From an uncultured Alphaproteobacteria bacterium (GTDB lineage: Bacteria; Pseudomonadota; Alphaproteobacteria; RF32; CAG-239): 64,000 bases of DNA. Location of the stretch: NCBI GenBank assembly GCA_944393225.1, contig CALXZK010000006.1, positions 10,004 to 74,003 on the forward strand, in the 5' to 3' direction. The notes below the pieces were generated by a model that was not told the origin of the DNA, did no database searches, and was given only the letters and a program-made list of their open reading frames with translations. How positions within the stretch are numbered: position 1 is the first letter of the stretch; each line of letters starts with the position of its first letter. This document shows, in pieces, positions 28,213 to 38,800 of this stretch. The position numbers and the translations under genes were made by a program.

Positions 28213-31200
28213 TCACTCCCCGACGACTTTCATAAGATCTTCGTAGGTTTCGACGACTTCATACTTAACGCTATCGGAGCTAATTGCGGCAAAGTGTTTT
28301 CTGGCGCAGGCAATTTTAGATTTTTCAACCCCTCTTAATTCCAGCTCTAAGTTCTCCATATTTCCTTTAGTTTCTGCTACAAAGTAAATATGTTTGACAC
28401 TTCCCTTATTGAAGGCAATAGCCCAATCGGGGTTATATTTTCCGACCGGAGTAGAAATATAAAATCCTCGAGGCAGCTTTGCATAAACAGCAACTTCTTC
28501 AGCATGCTCCAAAGAATTGGCCATATTTTTCTCTGTCTTAGCACTAGAATCCGCAATAACATGGCTATAAATATGTTTATTGGGTGTCGGGACGGTATTT
28601 TCCAAGCTGCCTTTGAGTTTGGGCTCGGTAAAGACATTCATATCATAAGTTTCCGTAATCCGATCATACTTAATCTCTTCTACAATCGCTGTAGCCTTTT
28701 GCTCATTGATGATATTGGCCGCTCGGGTGATAAATTCTTCCGGATTTGCCTCAAACAGCTTAAATCGGCTTTCTTTTATGCCTGACATTATCTGTGCCAG
28801 AGTTTTTCTGGTTAATCCGGTAAGTTGAACCAACTTATCTAACAAGTCATATTTTACGGAAGTATATTTTCCAACTTGAATTGCTTCTCTGCGTTCGGAG
28901 GTAAAGCCAAAGGCTTCTCCTTTTTCGGCTTGTTGTTTATCCAACTCATCCATTTGTCCGGTTCTAATAACAGCAACCGTTTTACTGACATAAAGTTTTT
29001 CATCTAAGGCATAAATTGCCTTTTTTATCAACTCATCACTGTCAAATACCACGCGATAGGTTGATTTAACATTGATTTTATTCCACAAATCTTGAAATTC
29101 TTGCTGATGAAGTTTTTTATCATTAAGCTTAACCTCAACCACCTGATTGCGTGCATTATCAATTTTGACCGGCTTATAAATTGTTTCAATAACCTTGATA
29201 ATTTCGGCACTATCATATCCTTCAATCGGCTTAAATGTACCGGCCTCAACATCATTATGGTATTGTTCGGTTAATTTACCGCGTTTGACATAACCATTAG
29301 CAATCAAGCTCTCATAAATATCCTGAGATTTTTCTTTATCAACCAGTTGTCCATCAATAGTTCTATTTTCAAACAATTCGGCAGAAATGCTCCGCGGCCT
29401 ATCATGCATTGCATCGGCAATATCGGTTTGCAGATTAGAAACAAAATCTTCATAAGATTCACTGGCAATAACCGTTAGTTGGTTAACTTCTTGAACATCA
29501 TCACCCAAAACACTTTCATCCATACGCTCGCCGTTTTGATTGACCGACAAACGTAAACCGCGGCCAATTTCCTGACGACGAGAAGTATTGTTGTAACTTT
29601 GCTTTAACGGGCAAATCTGAAAAACGTTCGGATTATCCCATCCTTCACGCAAGGCTGAATGTGAAAACAGAAAACGCACCGGCTCGGATAAATTCAAAAG
29701 TTGCTCTTTGTTTTTCATAATCAAATCATAAGCATCAACATCATCTGAGCCGACAGCGTTTCTTTTTACTTCGGAATCCTTAAATTTTTTGCTTTTCTTA
29801 TCTATTGAAAAATAACCCTTATGGCATTTTGTGGCATCGGTATTTTCAATAAATTTTCGATAATTCGGATTAAAATCAAGCTCTGCAAGATAGCTTTCTT
29901 TAATATTGTTATATTCTTCTTCAAAGATTTTGGCATAAATACCGTTAGCCTCTCCGGCATCATTAGAAAGCCTATAATTTGCCACTTCATCAATAAAGAA
30001 CAAAGACAAGACTTTAATTCCGCTTTCCAGCAAAACTTGCTCACGTTCAAAATGGCTTTGGATAGTCTCTCTGATTTGAATGCGCCGCAACTGTTCTTCA
30101 GTTGTGCTGCCGACCACATCTCCGGCAAAAAGCTCGGTTCCATTTTGGAAAGTAACCGAGTTGGAGCGACCATCAATATGTGTAATCAACCAACCATGGC
30201 GATATTCATCCAACTGTCCGGATAAATCATAAAGATTATCCCCTTCATCACAATTCCTGATTTTTTTGACAATGCCGGATTTTCCCCGATAATCAAACTC
30301 CAAACGGGCCGTCGGATTTTTGTTTGCCGAAACATTTATTCCGGCCAAATAAGCATAGCCGCCGGTTGCGCTATCTCCGACCACGGAAATTCCCTTAACG
30401 GCAATCTTTTTGACCAATTTTTTATTATAGGCATCTTGGGCATCCAAGCGATAGATGATATTTTTGTTCAACTCTGGCGGCGTAGCCGAATAACTGATAC
30501 GAAACAAAGGATTAAACCTTTTAATTGCTTTTTGAGTAACGGCATCGGCAGTTCTGCCCAAAGACTGAGGCTCATCCAAAATCAAAATCGGATTTGTTTT
30601 GGCAATCACATCAATAGGTTTGCGCCATTTGAAGCTTTCTTGAGGATTGAAAATTATTTTAGACTCTTTGCTTTTTCCATCTTCTTTGAGTGAGGCGGCA
30701 AAAGCCTGCGAATTGATAATCATCACCCTGATTTTGCTATCTGTGGCAAAGGTTTCAATCTCATTCAAGTTCTGAGAATTATATACAAACTCCATAATAG
30801 ACTTATGATATTCTTGCTGAAAATGCTTGCGTGTATTTTCAAAAGACTTTTTTACCCCTTCCCGAATAGCCACACTCGGCACAACAATAATAAACTTCGT
30901 CCAACCATATAAATAGTTAAGCTCATAAATTGTTTTAATGTAAGTATAAGTCTTACCAGTTCCGGTTTCCATTTCTATAGTTAGGTTAATATCATCGCCA
31001 ACTTTTCCGCTAGGCTTTAGCCCCAGCGCAATTTGCTTTTTGTGAATATTGTCCCAAACTTCTCTTTCAGGAATAAGCAACGGACTATTGGCAAAAGCAT
31101 CTTGCTCAAAAGAGGTTTGCGTATTTTTAACATCTTTTCCGGGATCCAAGATATAACGTGTTGGTTTGGATTTTGGCTGTCCGGCAAAGATATCACAAAC

Positions 31201-31263
31201 CGCGTTGCAGGCATCTATCTGAAATTGCTGATGCTTAAATTTGAGTTCTATTTTTGCCGACAT
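28213..31263 (-). CDS. res: Type III restriction-modification system Res subunit
   Basis: METGTGKT, DEPQ, SAT, LREGWDNPNVFQIC, QEIGRGLRL, C-terminal YNPDWA...VAETKG nuclease motif. Confidence 0.95.
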   Translation of the reverse strand: MSAKIELKFKHQQFQIDACNAVCDIFAGQPKSKPTRYILDPGKDVKNTQTSFEQDAFANSPLLIPEREVWDNIHKKQIALGLKPSGKVGDDINLTIEMETGTGKTYTYIKTIYELNYLYGWTKFIIVVPSVAIREGVKKSFENTRKHFQQEYHKSIMEFVYNSQNLNEIETFATDSKIRVMIINSQAFAASLKEDGKSKESKIIFNPQESFKWRKPIDVIAKTNPILILDEPQSLGRTADAVTQKAIKRFNPLFRISYSATPPELNKNIIYRLDAQDAYNKKLVKKIAVKGISVVGDSATGGYAYLAGINVSANKNPTARLEFDYRGKSGIVKKIRNCDEGDNLYDLSGQLDEYRHGWLITHIDGRSNSVTFQNGTELFAGDVVGSTTEEQLRRIQIRETIQSHFEREQVLLESGIKVLSLFFIDEVANYRLSNDAGEANGIYAKIFEEEYNNIKESYLAELDFNPNYRKFIENTDATKCHKGYFSIDKKSKKFKDSEVKRNAVGSDDVDAYDLIMKNKEQLLNLSEPVRFLFSHSALREGWDNPNVFQICPLKQSYNNTSRRQEIGRGLRLSVNQNGERMDESVLGDDVQEVNQLTVIASESYEDFVSNLQTDIADAMHDRPRSISAELFENRTIDGQLVDKEKSQDIYESLIANGYVKRGKLTEQYHNDVEAGTFKPIEGYDSAEIIKVIETIYKPVKIDNARNQVVEVKLNDKKLHQQEFQDLWNKINVKSTYRVVFDSDELIKKAIYALDEKLYVSKTVAVIRTGQMDELDKQQAEKGEAFGFTSERREAIQVGKYTSVKYDLLDKLVQLTGLTRKTLAQIMSGIKESRFKLFEANPEEFITRAANIINEQKATAIVEEIKYDRITETYDMNVFTEPKLKGSLENTVPTPNKHIYSHVIADSSAKTEKNMANSLEHAEEVAVYAKLPRGFYISTPVGKYNPDWAIAFNKGSVKHIYFVAETKGNMENLELELRGVEKSKIACARKHFAAISSDSVKYEVVETYEDLMKVVGE

Positions 31264-31551
31264 TACACAAATTCCTCATATAAATCATTAAAATTAGGAT
31301 TTTCTTTTATAATTAAATTAATTTTCCAATCTCTGTGCCAATTTTTTAATTGCTTTTCGCGAGCGATTGCATCAGTTAAAAGATCATATTGCTCTACATA
31401 AACCAGCTTATGTACACTATATTTTTTTGTAAAACCATCTATCAAATTATTTTTATGCTCAAACACACGTCGAATAATATCATTAGTTACACCTATATAG
31501 AATGTGGAATTAGTTTTATTTGTCATAATATAAACATATCCTTTTTTTCAT
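31263..31551 (-). pseudogene. Stand-alone GIY-YIG nuclease, frameshifted just after the start codon
   Basis: GYVYIMTNK...FYIGVTNDIIRRVFEHK...FTKKYSVHKLVY...AIAREKQLKNW. ATG at 31551 (AAGG SD) is followed by A7; A6 would be in frame. Confidence 0.75.
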
Positions 31552-31646
31552 TTAACCTTCCACAACTCAACATACAACAATATGCTTCAAAAAGCAGGAT
31601 TCACCATATAAGACAGCGGTACAGCCATTATCTCGAACGGCATAAC

Positions 31647-31710
31647 CGTCATCCCGAACTTGTTTCGGGATCTCTTTTCCACCGGATGCTGAAACAAGTT
31701 CAGCATGACG
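31647..31710. repeat. CGTC-tagged REP-like inverted doublet
   Basis: CGTCAT-CCCGAA-CTTGT-TTCGGG-ATC ... GAT-GCTGAA-ACAAG-TTCAGC-ATGACG. Confidence 0.85.
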
Positions 31711-31724
31711 AAGCGACAACAACA

Positions 31725-33677
31725 TTACATTACCCTTACATTATCTTTGGCTTGTTTATCATCCCAATGGCAGATGGTTTTGAAAATTTCAAACATATTG
31801 ATTTTTTCATCATCTTTTTCAAAACAAGAATCTCTAAATACCACACGTGTTGGGTTGAGTTCTGCCATTTTGGTGATGGTTGCGGTGCTAACATTTCTAT
31901 CAAAACAAGCAACCAAATCATTGTCACCGACAATATGAATGGTATTCTCGCCCACTTTAACCTCTTGCAGCGGCAAAGAGAGAGAAACACCCCATTCCAC
32001 CATAACCCCAAACAACAAATCGAGCGGAGTGCGATCGGCTTTGATATTATCAATACTGCTTAACAAATCGGCTTGTTTGAGCTCGCTTGGTTTGTAATAT
32101 ACATCTTGCATATTAGAATCATCAACCTTCAAAACCCTAAAACCGATATCCAAATCTGTTTTTCCGGTTTCCTGCACGATTTTATCACCGGCACGGCGAA
32201 TACGTTCTTTACCAATTTCACAAATATTTTTGTAACCAGCTTTATAGGCTTCTGATTTTTCATCAGTTTCTTCCGGTAGTTGCACCATAATAAACTTGCG
32301 ATTACCACCATCTTCAGCATTCAGTTGCATAACAGCATGAGCAGTTGTTGCCGAGCCGGAGAAGAAATCAAGGATTATAGAATCTCTATTAAAATGCGTA
32401 GCAGAGTTTACTAATTCTTTAATATAATTTACAGGTTTAGAATAATTAAATAGATTCTTTATAGAGAAAAGTCTTTCAAGTTCTTCATATGCATCTTCAT
32501 TAGTCCCTTTTATAGAAATTCCATTAATAAAGCTACTAAATCCTTTGAAATTATCTTCGTCGTATATACGAAAAACACGAATTTGAAAATTTAATGTGTT
32601 GATTATAAATTTTGCGCCTTGAGAAAGTTGTTCATTCAGCATTTGTTGAGACCATACAAATGGAGCTTTCATTTTTAATTCATCTACTATTTTTCCATCT
32701 TTGACTCTAATATCATTTAATAACTCCACTGGATTAATTTCATCACCATATACGCCAGCCTTATACATTCCATCACTTAATTTCGTATAAATTGTATTGC
32801 TTGGTATGCTCAATATTGATGATTTATTAGTTCTTTTAATTATAGGTTGTGATTCTGATGAATCTGCTGTTCCACCATATAATCCTACAGTTTTCCCTCT
32901 ACACTTAGTATACACCAAAACATATTCCGTAAGACTTATAATTCCCTTGGAAAGAAAGCTACCTTTTCTTTTTTTGGTCCAAGTTATAATTCCATAACCA
33001 TTATCTTCGCCAAAAACCTCATCACAAATCTTTTTGAGGTTGGCAACTTCGTTGTCATCAATAGAAATAAAAATCACGCCATCATCGGTTAACAAATCAC
33101 GAGCCAGTTTCAAACGCGGATACATCATAGAACACCAGTCCGAATGGAAACGTCCGCTTGATTCCGTATTGCGGACAAAAGACTTGCTCAACAAGCGGTT
33201 GTCCTCTTCATCAAACAAATCTATCCCTTGGTTCATTTCTTCTTTAGACTGCACCCGATTATCATGATAAACAAAATCATTTCCGGTATTATACGGCGGA
33301 TCAATATATATCATCTTGATTTTGCCCAAATAACCTTCTTCCAAAATTTTGAGCACTTCCAAGTTATCACCCTCAATATAAAGGTTTTCGGTTGCATCCC
33401 AATTTTTACTTTCCTCTTTGCAGGGGCGCAAAGTTTTGCGAATAGGCTTGTTAGCCTCCACCATAGCCGCATTTTTGCCTACCCACTTAAACTCATAGGT
33501 CTCGCGTGCATTTTCATCCACCACATCGGCTAGTTCGGCCTTTAAACGCTCAAAATCTACCTTGCCGTTTTGGACTGCCGCCGGACAAAGCTCTGCCACT
33601 TTGGCCAAAACCTTATCATAAGGCTTTGCCTCCATTCCAAGCTTTTCAATTTTTATGTCTGTTGTTTCCTTACTCAT
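31725..33677 (-). CDS. mod: Type III restriction-modification system Mod subunit (N6-adenine methyltransferase)
   Basis: NLYIEGDNLEVLK, IYIDPPYNTG, LDFFSGSATTAHA; AAGGAG SD before ATG 33677. Confidence 0.95.
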   Translation of the reverse strand: MSKETTDIKIEKLGMEAKPYDKVLAKVAELCPAAVQNGKVDFERLKAELADVVDENARETYEFKWVGKNAAMVEANKPIRKTLRPCKEESKNWDATENLYIEGDNLEVLKILEEGYLGKIKMIYIDPPYNTGNDFVYHDNRVQSKEEMNQGIDLFDEEDNRLLSKSFVRNTESSGRFHSDWCSMMYPRLKLARDLLTDDGVIFISIDDNEVANLKKICDEVFGEDNGYGIITWTKKRKGSFLSKGIISLTEYVLVYTKCRGKTVGLYGGTADSSESQPIIKRTNKSSILSIPSNTIYTKLSDGMYKAGVYGDEINPVELLNDIRVKDGKIVDELKMKAPFVWSQQMLNEQLSQGAKFIINTLNFQIRVFRIYDEDNFKGFSSFINGISIKGTNEDAYEELERLFSIKNLFNYSKPVNYIKELVNSATHFNRDSIILDFFSGSATTAHAVMQLNAEDGGNRKFIMVQLPEETDEKSEAYKAGYKNICEIGKERIRRAGDKIVQETGKTDLDIGFRVLKVDDSNMQDVYYKPSELKQADLLSSIDNIKADRTPLDLLFGVMVEWGVSLSLPLQEVKVGENTIHIVGDNDLVACFDRNVSTATITKMAELNPTRVVFRDSCFEKDDEKINMFEIFKTICHWDDKQAKDNVRVM

Positions 33678-35244
33678 CGCGGCTCCTTTTAACGGTTTGA
33701 TATTTTTGATTTGGGTGATTTGGTATATCAGGGTGAGTTTGTTCAAGAACACCTAGATTAATTAGCGGATATAAAATATTTTGCAAGAAATAAGACTTAT
33801 TACTATATTTCATAATTGCCATTATTTCTGTTGTTTTTAAAGGTCTCTCGCAAAGTTCCAGCACCTTACGACCTTCATCGCCAATTAAGTCCAGTATCTT
33901 ATCCATAGGCAACTGTTGAATACTGCTGGCAACTGTGTCCCTAACTGTATCAGTAGGTGTGTCACTAACTGTGTCACTAGCTGTATCACTTGTCGGGCTA
34001 ACTGATTGATTTTGAGTCGCCGACTGAGCCATTCTATCTGACTCGGCTACTTGATCACTGGCGGTATTAAACAAGTTTATGGGCCAATCAAGTTTAAAGA
34101 CCTCTCCATCAGTTAAAGTTGGAACATAGCCGGCATAAATCCTTGCATATTTTGCAATTTTACGAATTCCTGAACCTAACTCCTCAGCCAGTCCGATCTC
34201 TTTAAAAAACTTTGCAATATTAGGATTTTTAGTATATGGGGTACTTGTATCTGGGTTTATATTTCCGCAGATATAGGGTTTGTTGCCATTTTCAGTATAT
34301 ATTCTGTCATGCTCAATCACCAATTTTGCCGGATAATGGTTGGTAAACTCCCGGTGCATCAATAAATTTACACTAATTTCTCGAAACAGTATGTTTCTTA
34401 GATCTCTGCGAATTCCATCCGATGTATCCATATAAAATGGTGATGGCAAATGTTTATTTACAAAAGCCATTATCCGCTCATAGCTTTCTATCAAATTTGT
34501 TCGCACATCATCTCTATCATCATATCTTTCAGAATCTTTAACTCTTAATATGAGATCTGTCTTATAATGCGGCAAAATAGACTGAATTACCTCGTCTTTT
34601 CCCAAAATCAAAGCGCATGCCAGTGTATATCCTTCTTTCTGCGAATTAAAATCTTTCTTATGCAGACCGGCACTGCGTAATAATTGTTCGTTATTTAGGT
34701 CTTTCCAGGGGTGATCCGGTTGTCTATTAACAGCCATTGTCCGACAACGTTCTATTAAATCAACACGCAAATCATCCATTGTAATCCCAGGAAAAATTTC
34801 ATTTTCAGAATAAGTTTTTTCCTTATTAACATATAATTGAGCTATCTGAGAATGATTATGCGTTATATCGCGGTCACCATCATCTGTGCGGATATAAACT
34901 TTACCTCCCGCATAATGGACTTCTGAACTAGCGGGAACCAAAATATACAAAATAACCTTATCATCAATTTCAACCTCTTTACACTCTAAATACAAAGGAG
35001 GATGAACCTTAGAAATATTACTGATTGTATTGGCAAAATCACGTTCTATTTGAGGCAATAAGTCACGGTTAATGCCTAAAATATTTCCATTATCAGCAAC
35101 ACCCAATAAAATTTCGCCGCCTTGCGTATTAGAAAAGGCACAAATTGTTTCATAAATATTTTTAGGCAAGCCGCCTTGAGCTTCCTTGAATTCAACTTTT
35201 AAACCCTCACCTTGGGCTATTAATGCTCTTATTTTTTCTATCAT
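33670..35244 (-). CDS. Schlafen/AlbA_2 domain + HATPase_c_4 + winged-helix protein
   Basis: EGLKVEFKEA...ETICAFSNTQGG.ILLGVADNG, NLLMHR, NPNIAKFF...EELGSG, C-terminal PNHPNQKY. Confidence 0.88.
   Translation of the reverse strand: MIEKIRALIAQGEGLKVEFKEAQGGLPKNIYETICAFSNTQGGEILLGVADNGNILGINRDLLPQIERDFANTISNISKVHPPLYLECKEVEIDDKVILYILVPASSEVHYAGGKVYIRTDDGDRDITHNHSQIAQLYVNKEKTYSENEIFPGITMDDLRVDLIERCRTMAVNRQPDHPWKDLNNEQLLRSAGLHKKDFNSQKEGYTLACALILGKDEVIQSILPHYKTDLILRVKDSERYDDRDDVRTNLIESYERIMAFVNKHLPSPFYMDTSDGIRRDLRNILFREISVNLLMHREFTNHYPAKLVIEHDRIYTENGNKPYICGNINPDTSTPYTKNPNIAKFFKEIGLAEELGSGIRKIAKYARIYAGYVPTLTDGEVFKLDWPINLFNTASDQVAESDRMAQSATQNQSVSPTSDTASDTVSDTPTDTVRDTVASSIQQLPMDKILDLIGDEGRKVLELCERPLKTTEIMAIMKYSNKSYFLQNILYPLINLGVLEQTHPDIPNHPNQKYQTVKRSRDE
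33931..33990. repeat. Degenerate 12-bp tandem repeat encoding an (S/T/R)DT(V/A/P) linker
   Basis: Encodes SDTA-SDTV-SDTP-TDTV-RDTV inside the AlbA_2 protein. Confidence 0.65.
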
Positions 35245-35867
35245 AACTCTTCCTTTAGGGACTTTATCATAGACTTAATTTCTAACTTTTTCTTTAACTG
35301 CGGCTCATTATTCATCTTATTTTCAAGTTGCTCTATCTTTTTTGCGATTTTTTCTTGCTCTATACTTCTTGAAACCTTTTCTTTGAGCCCCTTTTCTGCA
35401 TTGTCTTCAATTTTGCCACCGCTTATTTGCTTAATCAGACTTTCATAGATGGCATCAATGCTTCCTCCTTCTATATCAAGAGAAATCTCTTTTTGCCAAT
35501 TACTTGTCCATCTCTTAACAATGCTGATATTGTCTTTGTTTTTATCTTTATAAGCAATACTAAGGCAATATTTTCCATCAAATTCCAAAACAAACAAAAC
35601 ATATGCTGCGCGAATGCTTTTATCCATTAAATCTAAAAGTTGTGTATTGCATACTCGTCTTTTTAATACAACTCTTAAAACCATTATTTCTGGAAAGATA
35701 CTTCCTTCCTTAACATTTAAGCTTCGTGCCGAGAACTGATTTGTAGCCATAATTTTGGCAACATCATTAGTCATTGCCGTTTTTAAAGAGGTCGAAAATT
35801 CGCCGTATTTATAAAATTTTTCTTTGGCAATAAATTTATTGGGAAGCTCCGTCGACTTTGGAAACAT
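35241..35867 (-). CDS. DUF4391 domain protein
   Basis: MFPKSTE...FIAKEKFY, EIMVL, DAIYESLIKQI, C-terminal IEQLENKMNNEPQLKKKLEI; typical position between SNF2 and mod. Confidence 0.8.
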   Translation of the reverse strand: MFPKSTELPNKFIAKEKFYKYGEFSTSLKTAMTNDVAKIMATNQFSARSLNVKEGSIFPEIMVLRVVLKRRVCNTQLLDLMDKSIRAAYVLFVLEFDGKYCLSIAYKDKNKDNISIVKRWTSNWQKEISLDIEGGSIDAIYESLIKQISGGKIEDNAEKGLKEKVSRSIEQEKIAKKIEQLENKMNNEPQLKKKLEIKSMIKSLKEEL

Positions 35868-38800
35868 TTATTTTTTACTCCCATAAACTTCTTCGTCAGA
35901 CTTCAGTACAACAAAACAAATCAACTCAAAATCATCCAAACCCTTGATTTCACCTTGTCCAAAAGTGCTACTGCCATCTGAAAATAAACTATCGACCTCG
36001 GATTCGTCTTTAACTTGAATAATTGATTGAATAGCTTTTCCCAACAAATCGGAATATTTGCTCATGTCCATTCCGTCTTTGGTTTGTTTATTAAACAAAG
36101 CACAACGACTTTTATCCGGCGTTGAAAAGCCCTTGCACACCAAGCGCATATAACTCAACAATTTGTGAGGCTCCAAATGATTATACTGCACAGTCCCGTC
36201 ATCTTTCATATAAACCATGTAAAACGGGTGTAACCTGTTTGGATTATCAATATCTCTGACATTGTTAACATTTCTCAAGATATAAATAACCCCCGGAGGC
36301 AGACCATCTCCGGCAGCCATGGCAACGGCATGCATGCCCAGCGGAGCTTTTTCAACATCATCATGGTGTTTTTTATATTCAACCAAATCCAAACGAAATT
36401 CATTTAACCCCAAATCCATGATATTGACACCACCAGAAATATCTTCGGGATCAACAACCTCTTTTTGTAATTTTTCCAGCTGTTTTCTGCGGTACTCCAG
36501 ATCTCCTTTTTCGGTTATATCAATCGGATTATCCTCACCAGTTGAGGTCATAACCGTAATTTTCATACGAGTTTCAACACGATTTTTAAGGTTAATATAT
36601 TCGTCTAACTTAATGTTTGGCCAAAAGTTAACCAATTGAATTTTATCATTTTGACTGCCAATTCGATCGATTCGGCCAAATCTTTGAATAATTCTAACCG
36701 GATTCCAGTGAATATCAAAATTAATCAGATAATCGCAGTCTTGAAGGTTTTGTCCCTCTGAAATACAGTCTGTGCCAATTAGAATATCAATATCCCCATC
36801 GGGAATTTTATTTAACTTATTACGATCCTTTGAAATGGGTGAAAAACAGGCCAAAACAGTATTAAAATCAGCGGGCATCTTATCAATGGTTGTTTTTCCA
36901 TCTGTTGAGCCGGTAACCATAGCCGTATTTAGCCCAAGTTCATTTTTAATAATCTTGCTAAGATTGTCGTACAAATATTCTGCCGTGTCTGCAAATGCTG
37001 TAAAAATCAAGACTTTTTTATTGCCATCATTTATCGGATGTTTAATTTTGTTGCGAACGACCTCCAATAATGTCTGGAGTTTTTTGTCTTTTTCCGGAGT
37101 TATGGTCGATACCTCTAATAACAAATGCTCCAAAATCTCCTTATCGGTATTTAAATCAACTCTCCATGCTCGATAATCCATATCCTTAAAATCAAGCTGA
37201 TATTTACCACCTGCAGAAATCAAATCAGATAATTCACCATCAAAATCCAATTCTATTTCATCGGAATAGGTACTACATGTCTTGTTTTTTTCATAATTAT
37301 CAATTGCCGAAATAGCTTTTTGAATTTGCTCAAGAATTTTTGAGGTTGTAATTCTAAAAGAATAAACCGAACTTTCTAAACGCTTAAGCAAATTAACAGC
37401 CATCAACTGTTTCAAACCAAATTCTCGTCCGGCCAAAGAAATACCCATTTTACCGCGTTTGCCATATTTGCTTTCATATTTAGCTAAACGACTGGGAAAC
37501 AAATAAGATGATGGACTATAAACAGATAAGTTTAGGCTTTCCAAAGATTTAAAAATCTCTTCATAGCTTATATTTGTATTATCTGCCAATGATGGAGACT
37601 TGTTAATGGGCGGCAATCTGGTCGGAAACTTACCAATTTCGGTCATATCATAATATTTTTCGATATGTTTGCGGCTTCTGGCGATGGTTACGGAATCCAA
37701 AACTTCAAAAAAGTCAAAGTCAAGTTCGCTTAATAGCCGCTCAGTTGTTCGTTCTTCTGTGGGTAATTTGCTCCATAGATTAAAGGCTCTTTGCGCATTG
37801 TTAAAAATCGTTGATAGGGGTTTTTGAGTCTTCAATTTTTTATTTAATTCATCTTCAACACCTTCGTATGCCAGTTGCAACTGATTTTTTAGATCAACAA
37901 ACCGATTATTGACCGGAGTAGCAGAAAGCATAAGAACTTTTGTTTTTACACCCGATTTAATAACATTTTTCATCAATGTTGCATAGCGGTTAAAATGCTC
38001 AAGCCCGTCTTCATCCGTTGTTACCAATGAGCCGTTGCGGAAATTATGGCTTTCATCAATAACTACGAGATCATAGTTACCCCAATTAATAAGAGATAAA
38101 TTTACCCCATTTGTATAGCCACTTTCACGAGATAAATCCGTATGAAACAATACATCATAACGAAGTCTGTCATTAATAAGGGGATTATTCTGATAATTTC
38201 CCTTATAATTCATCCAGTTATCAGAAAGTTTTTTAGGACAAAGGACCAAAACATTTTTATTTCTATTTTCATAATATTTGATAACCGATAATGCCGTAAA
38301 AGTTTTACCCAAACCAACACTATCGGCCAAAATACAGCCATTAAACTTTTCTAGCTTATGAATAATTGCCAGTGCTGCATCTTTTTGAAAAGAATATAAC
38401 ATATTCCAAACTTGGCTATTTTTAAAACCTGTTGCTTCGTTAGGGATGTTATCCTCTATATCTTCCAAAAACTCGCTAAATATATGATATAGCGTTATCA
38501 TATAAATAAATTCCGGAGAATTCTCTTCATAAACAAGCTCTATATGCTCCAAAACCTGCTCGGTTACATCTTTCATATGCTCTTTGTCATTCCAAACTTC
38601 CTCAAAACCTTTAATATATTGCTTGGTGTATGGAGCAGGTATTTTCATAGTCATTTTAAATATATCATTTCCACGTTCACTTCCTAAATCAACCGTAGTG
38701 AAACCATCAAGAGGCATATATGTATAATCTTCATTAATATTTAAAAAGCCGACAATTCCGCGCGTTGCTGATATATTTGATTTAAATTTAACTTTATTTC

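Noticed and set aside
31389-32063. 224-aa plus-strand ORF
   Set aside because: It is antisense to mod and the GIY-YIG gene and runs through the palindrome; no independent coding evidence.
31725-33677. Phase-variable mod (phasevarion)
   Set aside because: No simple-sequence repeat tract was seen near the 5' end of mod, and the frame is intact.
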